Shown: piece after piece, positions 17,835 through 28,500 of the stretch
How positions within the stretch are numbered: position 1 is the stretch's first letter
How the letters are laid out: every line of letters starts with the position of its first letter
Source: a virus
Length of the DNA: 64,000 nucleotides
Virus record (IMG/VR): IMGVR_UViG_3300033273_000392
Location: 32,001-96,000 of that record
Strand: one strand, 5' to 3'
Notes under the pieces: model-generated
Told to the model about the DNA's origin: nothing
Databases searched by the model: none
Seen by the model: the letters and a program-made list of their open reading frames with translations, nothing else
Made by a program: the position numbers and the translations under genes

Positions 17835-18717
17835 TCAAGAAAGAATCTAGGTCGTCATCAGTGCTAACTGAACTCTCAGCGGCAACTGCCTCTTTAACTT
17901 CCTCTTTCTTGGCCTCAGTCTTAGTCTTAGTAGGAGCGTCGTTGTTAACGACCTCTGCAATAGAGTCTCCTGGATTCAAGTACATGCGAAGAACTGAGTT
18001 AACGAATTCACGAGTTTCCTCGTCCCATACTTGGTAGTCGTAGTTAGAGAGGTCAGGTGCATTATTCAACTCCTCTTTAAGAGATTCCATAGTCTCCTTG
18101 CTACGCTCTGCTGGACTTCCATCCATAATGATAGCTGAGCGAGAGCTAGAGAACTTAGACTTGTCGTAGTTGTTGTAGTCACCCTGGCGGTTAATAATCA
18201 ACTCAAAGTTCTTACCTTCGAACAAGTCAAAAACCTGTGTTGGTTCACCAAAGTCTGGCTTCAACTCTGCATCGATCTTCTCCTTGATCTTGTAACCAAA
18301 CTTAAATACTTTATACTGTCCCTCAAACTCTGGGTTCTGTGGGTCCTTAATCACCTTAATCAAAGCGTAGTATTGTTGGCGACGCTTCAACTTGTCAGAT
18401 GACTTACGGTCAACTGCTGAGTCAGACTTGCGAAGCTTCCAGAATACGTCTGCGATTGGGCAATGCTCACCAATTGTTGATGGTGAATCGACGATCTTAC
18501 CGTCGCCGTTTGAGTTTACCAGCCAGTGAACGTACTTCTGAATAAGAGACTTACGTGGGTTAGCTGGATTTGGAACGAAGCGAATAAGTGCTTTATAAGT
18601 TCCGTCCTTACCGTCGTCTGCGGTAGGCTTGTAGACCTCATTAGCTGAGGTTGTTTGTTGTGGTGCGTGCGTTTCAACGTCTTCTACACCGAGATTGAAA
18701 ATATCAAAATCTGCCAT
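17818..18717 (-). CDS. gp32: Single-stranded DNA-binding protein (T4 gp32-like)
   Basis: ALIRFVP, CPI, FKFGYKIKEKI, FDLFEGKNF, NYDKSKF, acidic tail DDDLDSFLNDL. Confidence 0.92.
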   Translation of the reverse strand: MADFDIFNLGVEDVETHAPQQTTSANEVYKPTADDGKDGTYKALIRFVPNPANPRKSLIQKYVHWLVNSNGDGKIVDSPSTIGEHCPIADVFWKLRKSDSAVDRKSSDKLKRRQQYYALIKVIKDPQNPEFEGQYKVFKFGYKIKEKIDAELKPDFGEPTQVFDLFEGKNFELIINRQGDYNNYDKSKFSSSRSAIIMDGSPAERSKETMESLKEELNNAPDLSNYDYQVWDEETREFVNSVLRMYLNPGDSIAEVVNNDAPTKTKTEAKKEEVKEAVAAESSVSTDDDLDSFLNDLDI

Positions 18718-18770
18718 AATTAAACCTTTTAATTTGTTAATCCTTAAAAATCCTTTAAGTTACCTTTAAT
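18718..18770 (-). promoter_or_regulatory. AU-rich gp32 leader with four TTAA(A)GG repeats (candidate autoregulatory operator)
   Basis: Minus strand ttaaagg-taac-ttaaagg-attt-ttaagg-attaacaaa-ttaaaagg-tttaattATG. Confidence 0.5.
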
Positions 18771-18792
18771 ATACTATGATACGTAAAAGTTT
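18767..18792 (-). promoter_or_regulatory. Putative middle-type promoter variant AAAC-N17-TATTA upstream of gp32 operon
   Basis: Minus strand GAAAC ttttacgtatcatagta TATTA. Confidence 0.5.
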
Positions 18793-18992
18793 CAGTTGAA
18801 TGTCAAAATAGATCCATCTTCTTCAATCCACTCGGTCTCACTAAGCTTAAGCAGCCCTGCCTTGTTGAGTATGCGTTCTCTTTCCTCTTCGGAAATGCAT
18901 TTTAACTCTACCATTTTGGTGAGTACCCTGTTTAAGTGGATAAAGTCAGCTGTGACTATTTCCATACATTTATCTGTAAAATTCACGTTCAC
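18792..18992 (-). CDS. Small hypothetical protein
   Basis: ORF preceded by GATATATA at 18997-19004; start uncertain (GTG 18992 or ATG 18965). Confidence 0.55.
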   Translation of the reverse strand: MNVNFTDKCMEIVTADFIHLNRVLTKMVELKCISEEERERILNKAGLLKLSETEWIEEDGSILTFN

Positions 18993-19101
18993 AATTTATA
19001 TATCTACATTGCTATTTTGTTTATATGAAAAAAGTTCATCGATTCTGAAACAAAATCTTTGAACTAGCATACAACAATTGTCTTTAAGTCTGAGAGACAG
19101 A

Positions 19102-19767
19102 TTAGGTGGCCTGGTTTCTACTGGCTATAAGGCTTACGAGGAAGTAAGCGTCGATAAGGTCATCAAGGGGCTTCGGAATCTTTTTCCCCCTTGGGTCAAT
19201 CTCAGCCTCCGAGCAATGATGAAATAATTCCCCTTTAAGCAAAGGAAGATCTCCATTAACATTATTAAGGAAAGCCAAGCAGAGATCTTGTTTACTCATA
19301 TTACCTTTACCTGCATGTTTCTTAATTGTAGTAGGTGCGATAGTCTCGATATATTCTGGCTTCATAGTATTAAGCATCTTAAGTTTTAGAACTGCAGCAC
19401 CAGCCGCCATATCAATAATGTTATTTGTACCCATCTTAGATCCGTATGAGGATCCTTCAAATGCTATATGATAACCATCGTTTTCGTATGAGTGTTGGTG
19501 TATAATGTTAATTATATCACTAGCCATCTTATCATATCTTTTAATCTTGGCTAACTCTTGGCTAGAGTACTCGTTATCTTGTGTAAAATCCGGTTGATAG
19601 ACGACGGTAACGTCTTTAAGTTGTGATATCTCCTCTTGGAATCTTTGCTCAGCTTTAGTGCCAGTCTTTGGCTTAATATACGATATGAAATGATACTTTT
19701 TGCCCTTGTCATTGTAGATACAAATGCCAGGTGAGTTAAGCGAAAAGTCTATAGCTACGTAATTCAA
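19102..19767 (-). CDS. RuvC-like (RNase H fold) Holliday junction resolvase/nuclease
   Basis: YVAIDFSLNSPG, IAFEG, PTTIKK, DDLIDAYF. Confidence 0.78.
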   Translation of the reverse strand: MNYVAIDFSLNSPGICIYNDKGKKYHFISYIKPKTGTKAEQRFQEEISQLKDVTVVYQPDFTQDNEYSSQELAKIKRYDKMASDIINIIHQHSYENDGYHIAFEGSSYGSKMGTNNIIDMAAGAAVLKLKMLNTMKPEYIETIAPTTIKKHAGKGNMSKQDLCLAFLNNVNGDLPLLKGELFHHCSEAEIDPRGKKIPKPLDDLIDAYFLVSLIASRNQAT

Positions 19768-19768
19768 A

Positions 19769-20137
19769 TCAGAACTTTTTACCGATAGCAGCTCCTAGTG
19801 CAGCGCCAACGAGTCTAGAAGTTAAAAGATCGTAAAAGATACCCTTCTCAATACCTAGGACTCTTGCAATAATCTTACCGACAGACTTACCTAATGCAAA
19901 GCCAGTTAGTCCACCTAAGATACTTCCCAATAGGCCTTCATTTGTGATTTCAGAGTTAAAGCGATCCAGATCGTATGAACCATCCTCCAGCTTATACTCG
20001 CTCACGAATTCATCGATAGCCATATCTACTTTCTCTTCGAGCTCGTCAGACCACTCGGACTCTAAGCCCTCAACGATAATAGCCATATCATAATCTGATA
20101 TGTTCTGTTCTTCTAGGTATTCAAAAAAAGTTTTCAT
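19769..20137 (-). CDS. Small protein with capsid-targeting-like N-terminus and glycine-zipper C-terminus
   Basis: MKTFFEYLEE; GSILGGLTGFALG and GAALGAAIG; GATATATA at 20142-20149. Confidence 0.6.
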   Translation of the reverse strand: MKTFFEYLEEQNISDYDMAIIVEGLESEWSDELEEKVDMAIDEFVSEYKLEDGSYDLDRFNSEITNEGLLGSILGGLTGFALGKSVGKIIARVLGIEKGIFYDLLTSRLVGAALGAAIGKKF

Positions 20138-20147
20138 AGCATATATA

Positions 20148-20699
20148 TCAATCTATTTCTAGTTTAAGATTAAACTTGTTGTAGTAGAAGTTAACCTCAA
20201 ACGTACTGAAGTCGGCAACATTCTCAGAGAAGTTTAGGTTCAGCTCATTTATTGAGTTCATGATAGGCTTCTCAAATGCAACGGAGGCCATACCAATTCC
20301 ATCGGCATCCATAATTCTAAGTACTAGATCTTCTGTAAAAGGCTGCTTTGTGGTTCTCGCATAATAGTAAAGCAAAGTATCGAGCATTATCCAGTAGTTT
20401 ACATATCCATCTAACAACTGAAACGTTAAAGTAAACTGACGTTCAACTGTATTCTGTATAGGAATAGCTCCTCTATGGTACCTAGTTGTCCCATCATTAT
20501 CAGCTTGGGTAACTGGATCAAAAGAAAGACCAGGTAGATTAATACCCTGGATAGAATAGTTAACGTAATCTATTGGATCCTGCATAAGAGTGCCAGGAAT
20601 CCTGTTAAGATACTTAACGTATTTTTGAGATACCTCTTCCGGAATGAAGTTCCTAGGAAGCTTAAATGAAAATAAGTTATTTCTAGAGTTTAGAATCAT
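20148..20699 (-). CDS. Tail-tube-fold protein (T4 gp3-like tail terminator)
   Basis: YSIQGINLPGLS, FTLTFQLLDGYVNYW, FEVNFYY. Confidence 0.6.
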   Translation of the reverse strand: MILNSRNNLFSFKLPRNFIPEEVSQKYVKYLNRIPGTLMQDPIDYVNYSIQGINLPGLSFDPVTQADNDGTTRYHRGAIPIQNTVERQFTLTFQLLDGYVNYWIMLDTLLYYYARTTKQPFTEDLVLRIMDADGIGMASVAFEKPIMNSINELNLNFSENVADFSTFEVNFYYNKFNLKLEID

Positions 20700-22777
20700 T
20701 ACTCAATAGTGAAATTTCCGTATGTAATTACAGTGTTATCCGATCCGCTTTTAGAAGTTATGTAGAACTGCTTATTAGCCATACCTCTAATAGCACTAGC
20801 ATTAGCTTCATCTATTCTAAATAGAACCTCACCTTTACTAGGATCTATATCCCTGTTAGCCTGGTTATTAAATATCCTCTTGTTCTGTCCGTCACCAAAT
20901 GTTAAGACTATGTTATCAGCGCCTATCAAAGACACGTCAATAAGGTCATCGTTTTCCTGCTTAGCTATCTTAAACTTATAGTAAGCTGTAAACGGTGGAA
21001 CATATATGTCAACCTCTCCGTTCTTTTTAAACTCAGGATTTTCTAAGTCAGTTATCTCACTAGGAAGTTCATCAGCGTTTGAACTAGAGCCGACATTTAC
21101 AGATATAGCACCTGTTACGATATTATTAGCTTCTACAAATGTAGGAACATATCTAGTACTTGCAGGTAAAGAATTCTCTATAAGACCTCTTACCGATCTA
21201 TTAGCTGAAAGATTAGGTAGAGTATTAAAAACTTCTGTTAGCTTATTAGTAGAAGATATGTTTAGTCTTCTCATTTCTTTAGCATACTTAGCAGGTATAT
21301 CATATGTTAAGCTAGCGGTTTTTACGATTGAAGTATTATCAGTCTCATTTACGATACGCATAGTTACGTCTATCGAGAAACTAACGGCTACATTTCCATT
21401 AATGACAACTGGTCTATAAGTTATAGGACGATTAAAATCTTGAACTTGTGTAAACGTCATATCATATGTCTTTATGAAAGATGTTCCAATCTGTTCATAC
21501 ATCTCAACATCATACATGATGACTATATCATCACTTGAAGTGTTTATTCTATTAAAGACATATTCTTCTAATGCGTCTATACTTCCACTTCTTTCTCCAT
21601 ATATCTTAAAGTAATCTCCATCCTCGGCTTCTTCTACTACAACACTAAAATCAGAAAACTCATCTTCTTTACTTATAGTAAACGTATTTTCTTCAGTTGC
21701 GTAGAAGTAATCAAAGCCCCCTATGTTTTCTAATCTGTCAATAAGCTTAAAAGAAACTTCATAGTTAGAGCTTGGATCTAGATTTGAAGTTCCAGGCTGA
21801 CCTAAGTTACCATAAAAGTTATTGTCAAACTGTGGGTTCTGTGAAACAAGGGTAGGTATCTTTACTTCGACAAATTTAGTGAATAGAGTTTCACCTATTA
21901 CAAAGGGTTTTGGATTAGACCATTCGTAATTTGATTGATTTAGATAAACTAACTGTGTAAGAAAGTTTTTAACTCCGTTGTCTCTAGATGTTTTTACTTC
22001 AAACAGAAACCCTTCGTAATTTCTATTCGCAAATGAGTAACCACTTCTAAAGTGAAGCCTAACTTCATCATATCTTATGTAGTTAATAGTGCTCGTTAAA
22101 AGAGACTGAGATGCATTTAACTGCGCCTCATTTGTTCCAGACCAACCAGGATAATTATCAATATAGTTAAAAGGTTGATCGTATATTCCGGTGGAATCAT
22201 AACCTATTAGGGCATATTTTACTGGATCGTCCTCGTGCTTTACTGCATGGAACCTTCCTAAAATTTGATTTATATCGTTACCTGCATCCTCATCTGGTTT
22301 AGAGAATATAGGATTAGTCTTATTAGCTATGACTATTTTTCCGCCGATAAGACCTTCATATGAGTAATCCACTGTACCAGTAACTGTAGGAATAAACGTA
22401 CCTATTCCACCTGTGCTTAAAGAATAAGTACCTGCGTTACCATCAATTGTAAATAAGCTAGGAATAGGTAAAGCATTAAGGTTAAACTTGTAGGTTTTAC
22501 CTGCCTCAAGAAGTAGAGTTCTTCCAGCAAAGTTTTCAACTGACAAATAAGCTCCTGAAATAGTGACATCAAAATTAACGACAGCACTTCCAAGTTCACC
22601 TATTAAGTGTATCTCTCGGTCAGTATAGGCATCCCCTGGATTTACCGTAAGAAATTTAACCTCATAACCATTATCATCAACATCAATATCATGTTGTGTT
22701 GGATTACTTTGGTCATGATAAATGAACTCTAAGAGAACATCTTCATCTATTCTAAAATACCTAGAAGACTTTGCCAT
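20699..22777 (-). CDS. Putative virion structural protein (692 aa)
   Basis: Beta-rich ORF inside tail gene run. Confidence 0.55.
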   Translation of the reverse strand: MAKSSRYFRIDEDVLLEFIYHDQSNPTQHDIDVDDNGYEVKFLTVNPGDAYTDREIHLIGELGSAVVNFDVTISGAYLSVENFAGRTLLLEAGKTYKFNLNALPIPSLFTIDGNAGTYSLSTGGIGTFIPTVTGTVDYSYEGLIGGKIVIANKTNPIFSKPDEDAGNDINQILGRFHAVKHEDDPVKYALIGYDSTGIYDQPFNYIDNYPGWSGTNEAQLNASQSLLTSTINYIRYDEVRLHFRSGYSFANRNYEGFLFEVKTSRDNGVKNFLTQLVYLNQSNYEWSNPKPFVIGETLFTKFVEVKIPTLVSQNPQFDNNFYGNLGQPGTSNLDPSSNYEVSFKLIDRLENIGGFDYFYATEENTFTISKEDEFSDFSVVVEEAEDGDYFKIYGERSGSIDALEEYVFNRINTSSDDIVIMYDVEMYEQIGTSFIKTYDMTFTQVQDFNRPITYRPVVINGNVAVSFSIDVTMRIVNETDNTSIVKTASLTYDIPAKYAKEMRRLNISSTNKLTEVFNTLPNLSANRSVRGLIENSLPASTRYVPTFVEANNIVTGAISVNVGSSSNADELPSEITDLENPEFKKNGEVDIYVPPFTAYYKFKIAKQENDDLIDVSLIGADNIVLTFGDGQNKRIFNNQANRDIDPSKGEVLFRIDEANASAIRGMANKQFYITSKSGSDNTVITYGNFTIE

Positions 22778-22792
22778 TTCTTAATCTTATTA

Positions 22793-23590
22793 TTAGAACC
22801 TTAGCCATTTTGGAGACCAGAATAAACCAACTCCCATAGATGGGCCGTAGCTTATAACCTGGTTGTTATTAAGATTCACCCCGTAAGTGACTCCTAATCC
22901 AATAGACCAACCTGCTCTTTTTTCAATTTTTTTGTTTAACTCTCTATTGACTAAACTTATGTTTTCAATCTTATCGATCTTAACTCCAGGATATGAAGTA
23001 GCAACCTCTAAGTATTTAACGCCATTATTTTCTTTGATAGCCGCCAATAAACTAATTCTACTTAGAGAAACAATCTCTATAGGAGAAGACTCTATCTTAC
23101 CGTCTTTAATAGAAACCGAAAGTTTACCAGATATGGACCTCATATTGCCATCACCGTAATCATTTTCTTGTTCAAAAGTTAATTCACTATCGTCAATGTT
23201 TACAGGTAAAACGCTTGTATTTGCTATGATATCGTCTCTTATTTCTATTTCAGCAGTAAGTAGATTATTAACGTTCTTTAATTTTTTGTTTTCAGACAAA
23301 ACAAAATTATACTTAGAAACTAGCTGTCGGTTATCTTTAGTTAGATTGGTTATGTCAAACTCATAACTTCTAACTTTAGAAATTAAGACACCGTTATCGT
23401 TTCTAAGAGTTTCCATAGTTTGATTTGCCGCTATATAGTTAGAAAGATTTCTATCTGACTCAGCTTGCTGTATCCTTAGTTCCTCTTTAAACTTTGAGGT
23501 ACGGTTGCATTGTTGCAAGAATAGCATAAGAGATATTATCATTCCTGCAAAGATCCAACCTGATAAAGATATGTTTTGTTTTTGAGCCAT
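22793..23590 (-). CDS. Membrane-anchored coiled-coil protein, spanin-like
   Basis: N-terminal TM helix, coiled coil, C-terminal amphipathic Gly-rich beta-hairpin ending in F. Confidence 0.45.
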   Translation of the reverse strand: MAQKQNISLSGWIFAGMIISLMLFLQQCNRTSKFKEELRIQQAESDRNLSNYIAANQTMETLRNDNGVLISKVRSYEFDITNLTKDNRQLVSKYNFVLSENKKLKNVNNLLTAEIEIRDDIIANTSVLPVNIDDSELTFEQENDYGDGNMRSISGKLSVSIKDGKIESSPIEIVSLSRISLLAAIKENNGVKYLEVATSYPGVKIDKIENISLVNRELNKKIEKRAGWSIGLGVTYGVNLNNNQVISYGPSMGVGLFWSPKWLRF

Positions 23591-23618
23591 ATTTAACTAT
23601 TAGGGTTTGATCGTAATT

Positions 23619-25508
23619 TTATCCAGGACCTGAACCAGTACTACTGCCAACTGTTCCCGTGCTGTATACAGATCTATTAGTATACGCATTTGTGTCTGTA
23701 AAGTAAGTGAAATTCATTTGCATTGCCTGCGGTCTACCTGGAAGCTCACCTACAATTTCAAATAGTGGACTTTGAAGTTGTCCTATAGTCACAAACTCTT
23801 CAGGAACTCCTGAGATGCCCCCAAGTGCTTTTCTTGCAAGAAATCTTATATATGACTCTGTAGGATTCCATGATCCAGTAAATCCAACATACGATTGACC
23901 TGATAAAGGCTGGACTCCCATATCATAAATACGTATTTCAAATGAAACTACATTTTCAGTTGGAAATACATCTGTTAAACCAGGTAATTTAAATTCAAAT
24001 AAATCACTACTTGATGCAGCCCAAGTTGCATCGTTTCCTGTAACAGTACCAGTATTAAAGCCCTGAGTCCTAGTAGAAAAAATTATTGTAGCATGTGCAT
24101 GTACAATATTACCTATTTTAGTATATTGTATTCTACTATCAGTTCCTACCGTTGAAACAATATTAGTTGGATTAAGATTACTACTATCTCTTCCCCTAAA
24201 CACGCCATTAGTTATAATACAATTTTCTTTTGTATAACCATGGTTCCCGTAAAATTCAGTACTATTTCCAGTTGCATTAACTCCTGGAACATAAGAACTA
24301 GTTGCAAGATCTTGTTCAAAAAATCCAGGTGGTCTTTCAAAATAGTCACTAAGCGTTCTTCGCTGAAGTGAAGAACCTGCATTAGGTGCTGCAAGAACAA
24401 AATTACTTTCTTCATTTCCTACTGAAAATGATATTCCCTTATTTTTATTAAAGTGAACATTTTCCTGGCTAAATACATTATAGTTTGTAATAATAGGCTT
24501 TCTAAAGTCACCATTTCCTATGTCTTGTGTAGTACCGCCTAGTCTCATAGCAACATCATCTTTAGTGACTAGATCAATGGTGTCGTTATCATTAGTTAAT
24601 GAAATATCAACCCTAGTATCTTTATCAGCGTCCGTAAGCTCTCTTAAAGGTAACCATATAGAACCGGACGAAGTACCTTCAAAATATGCTTCTAACTTAT
24701 TAGTGCTCGTATTGTATCTAATAACACCGCCTTCAAGTTCGTTTGTGGCAATATCGTTTCTTTGTGAAGTAGTACCGCTTGAAACTTTAGTGAATCCATT
24801 TCCGGTTACAATAAGGTCTCCTGTAACGAATACTCTATCGTTAAACGTAGAAATTGTTCCTTGACTTACATTAAATCCAGAAACAGCGCTTAACTCAACT
24901 GTGTTACTAGAGCTTATTGAAAGTATTCCCAACAAACCATTTCCAGTAGTGTTAATAGAAACGTCATCAAACGCAATATCTAACTTTACTGGATTTGAAC
25001 CAGAAATTCCAAATCCCTTTTTAATAGAAAAGACATCTAATACTGTACCACCTGAATTAAAAAACTCACCCTTAATAGTCAAGCTATTATATAATCCCTT
25101 AAGCTCTAAATGATTATTGTAGATTTGTGGTCTATCTATAACAAGAACTGAATCTGTTGAAGTATTACCTAAACTAGACGCACTTTGTGTAGAATCCCCA
25201 AGGTATACACTATTCTGGTTATTTGTATTAAAAATCGGCTTTAAAATGTTTGCGTCTAGCGTAGTACCGGGGACACTTAACCAGTAAGTAAAACCGTCAG
25301 CCCCGTTTTCACCAGCAACACCAGTAGGGCCTATTTCACCTTTTTGCCCCTTTTCTCCTTCAGGGCCTATTGGACCAAAATCACCCTTCAATCCTTTAGG
25401 TCCAAGCTGACCACCCACACCGAGCATTTGGTCAAAGTTATAGTTAATCTTTTCTATTCTAATCTGATTAGTATCATAGATGAAAAGTTCCTTTAAGTTG
25501 ATAGGCAT
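23619..25508 (-). CDS. Tail fibre-like protein with collagen repeat
   Basis: EKINYNFDQ then about 13 G-X-Y triplets; GTTSQR..GGVIRYNT..LEAY and YTKIGNIV fibre-type segments. Confidence 0.7.
   Translation of the reverse strand: MPINLKELFIYDTNQIRIEKINYNFDQMLGVGGQLGPKGLKGDFGPIGPEGEKGQKGEIGPTGVAGENGADGFTYWLSVPGTTLDANILKPIFNTNNQNSVYLGDSTQSASSLGNTSTDSVLVIDRPQIYNNHLELKGLYNSLTIKGEFFNSGGTVLDVFSIKKGFGISGSNPVKLDIAFDDVSINTTGNGLLGILSISSSNTVELSAVSGFNVSQGTISTFNDRVFVTGDLIVTGNGFTKVSSGTTSQRNDIATNELEGGVIRYNTSTNKLEAYFEGTSSGSIWLPLRELTDADKDTRVDISLTNDNDTIDLVTKDDVAMRLGGTTQDIGNGDFRKPIITNYNVFSQENVHFNKNKGISFSVGNEESNFVLAAPNAGSSLQRRTLSDYFERPPGFFEQDLATSSYVPGVNATGNSTEFYGNHGYTKENCIITNGVFRGRDSSNLNPTNIVSTVGTDSRIQYTKIGNIVHAHATIIFSTRTQGFNTGTVTGNDATWAASSSDLFEFKLPGLTDVFPTENVVSFEIRIYDMGVQPLSGQSYVGFTGSWNPTESYIRFLARKALGGISGVPEEFVTIGQLQSPLFEIVGELPGRPQAMQMNFTYFTDTNAYTNRSVYSTGTVGSSTGSGPG
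25290..25412 (-). repeat. Collagen-like (Gly-X-Y)n repeat
   Basis: GQLGPKGLKGDFGPIGPEGEKGQKGEIGPTGVAGENGADG. Confidence 0.9.
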
Positions 25509-25509
25509 G

Positions 25510-28500
25510 TTACTTCTTTATTTTTATCAACGGTCTTATAATATAGGAATATCCTAGACTCTTATTATATATCAATCTAAAGTTGATTGCGCTATTTGCA
25601 TGTTTTGTAATTGAGAATTCATCATCCTTTATAAACCCTCCGTTATCTATTAAGTCAATGCTATCCACAGACTCTATAGAAGATGCTTGATTCTTTCTTT
25701 TAGAAACAAACAGTTCAATATCATCTATGCTAAATACGGAAATTAAATTATTGTTTACGTATCTTTCAACATCATCTTCAATTGTCGTCTTATCGTTTTC
25801 AGAGAACTCAGGTAAAACATACTTAGATATTTCATTAAGCACTCCTGTTTTAGAGAACTTATCTACAATAGAATCAGAAACATAAAAGTCTATCATAATT
25901 CTATCTTCAGTCTCAAGAAATACTACTGGACTTTCATTATTTCTATTCCTCAATATAGACTCAAGTTCACCCTGATCGCCTGCAGTTTGATACTCAAAGT
26001 CAAAAATAGAGTATGAGTCACTAAGCTTCATAATAGTGCTAGAAAGATAAGATCTTGTCTCTTTAGTAGATAAAGTACCTGGAACGCTAGTAGAATCACC
26101 TCCAGCTGCAGATCTAACATAGTAGTCATTTTCCCATGAAGATCTTAAAACATTAACGTCCTTCTTATCAATTGCGATTTCTCCAATCAAAGGATATACT
26201 GGTAAGAACTCACTAGACTCACTCAGTTTAGTTACACCAGTTGGGTTATCTTCATTTACCTTATGGTAAAAATGATTTTTAATTATAGCCCAGTTTAAAT
26301 CATGCTCTCCTGAGATAAAGCCTACATTAAATGCAATTCCAGCCCTATTATACTTTTTGTAATATGCGATCGCTCTATCAATTTCAGCTTGATCTGATAT
26401 AGAATGCTTATACAGTCTATTTTTTAGGTCATTTTCAAACAAAAGAGCAAGTTGATTTAGATAGTTTCTTTCAATTTTATGATGATTGTAAACATCAGTA
26501 AAAGTCAAAACTGGGTTCATAGAAACAGTATAGTTACCAGAATGCCTAATAAGGAAAGGATAGTACGGATTTCTTTCAGAAATATTATATCCAATAGTTC
26601 CATTAAATAGGCTGTACGTACTTGGCTTATTAGTATCTTGTACTGAAATTATAGAAGATTCTTTTACAATTTCTTTACCATCTTCAAACGCGATAACAAA
26701 CCCACTTTCAATCTGGTTTCCATTCTTGTCAATTGTAGTATAGTTTATAAGAGGGCTTTTATTATTTATAAGATCTGCGACTCTACCAGCGCTAAGAGCT
26801 TTTAAGAAATTAGAGTGAGCATTCTTACCACCTTGCTTATATGTGTACTTAGCAGAAAGCTGTGTTGAATATGGGATATACGTTGGATCTAATGCAACTC
26901 CATCTGCTGTTTTTGGTGCACCATCTATTACTAGAGTATCAAAAGTCTTTATGTTTTTTACAGTAACATAGTACGGTATAGGATTACCATCTTCGTCCTC
27001 AAACCCATAGTCTATTTCAATATCTCCATATAAATTATCATTTAAAACTGCTAGCTGTAAATCTAATGAAGGAACGCTTCCGTTAACATGCGTTACCGCT
27101 GGAATTTCGTAAGGACCTGGAGCATTAAAGTTAATTCCACTAAAAATAAGAGCCCCGGATATCTCAATATCATCATATCCAAATGAATCTCCATCTATGG
27201 CTAACTTATTTGTCAAAGTGTAAAGTAACCTTCTATTAATCTTACCGTCAACATATCTTTCATTCAAGTCAACTTCAATGAAAAGGATTACAAATTTAAA
27301 TACGTCATTCTTTATGACGTCATACCGAATAGTATTAGATTCTGCATTAGTATTAAACTTGACAACAGTAGAAAACCTGTACCCATTAGCAGAAGAGTCT
27401 TGTATAAACTCGGTAGGTATTTCGTTTATAGATTCTTTTCTATGTTTTAACACGACTTTAATTCCATTAAAGAACGTACTTGCAAACGCAGAGTCACTAC
27501 CTTTCTTGAAAATAGAGTATTTCTTATCTAGTTGTGTCTTGGCAAACAACTTAAAGTCATCAAAGTCCTCTTCTAACTCACCAACGGAATTTAAGTTGTA
27601 TCCTTCTCCAACTAGATATATGTTAAAATAGTCATGTTCAGTTGACATGAACAAATTCTTTTCTAGCTTAGTATCACCAATAAAGTTTACATAGCTGAAA
27701 GATTTATTTACATTAAGATATGTAAAGTAATCTGGTAAGTCGGAAATGTAGAACCATTCATGTGAAAATCCCTTTGGATCTCTTTCGCGTACTTCGAGAT
27801 CAGGTGCAAAATTAGTTCTACCAAACGCTTCGTTTACATTTAAGTAATATGGATTATTTCTAACCGTCTTCGCTCCTTCTAAAACAAACTTATTAATAGA
27901 AGGTACGACCCTAGAATTAGTAGTTAATTCATTTACAAAGTTTTCATTTAGCCTATCAAACTCTGATTTTATCATAGTAGCCTCTTGTGAATCGGGCGTT
28001 TCTTGATTTAATACAGGTAGCAGATTAGCAAATAATGCACTAGAGTCTTTGAAGTAATCTTCGTTTAACAACTCTGTTCCCAGTAAAGTTTCATCTCCAG
28101 CTGGGGCATATGCTGTGTTTTCAATAGTTTCTAAACTTAGTTCTTTTAAATCTGAATTTGATTCATCGTAAAAATCAAAGTCCATATCATAAAAGTCGTA
28201 GCATGAGAAAAGTCCCATTTCACATCTAAAGTTAGAGTACACCTTGTATACTCCTTCAGATATTTCTATGTTTCTATCGAAGATAACAATTTTATAGTCT
28301 CCGGTAAGGTCATTAATATCATCCACAATGTCTAAAACAGCAGCATATGTTTTACCTCCTTTAGCCTGTATTAAGTCACCGACGCCAATAGCACCTAAAG
28401 AGTCAATGCTAATTTTAGCAGATCTCATATTCCTATATCCACCCCTTAGCGTAAATACACCGTTTTCATATGCCTGTAAAGCTAAATCAGAAAGTTCAAG

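Noticed and set aside
19005-19101. Intergenic stems and a plus-strand GAAAC-N18-TACAA as a possible ncRNA or antisense promoter
   Set aside because: Stems are weak, spacing and -10 deviate from the consensus, and there is no tRNA-like fold
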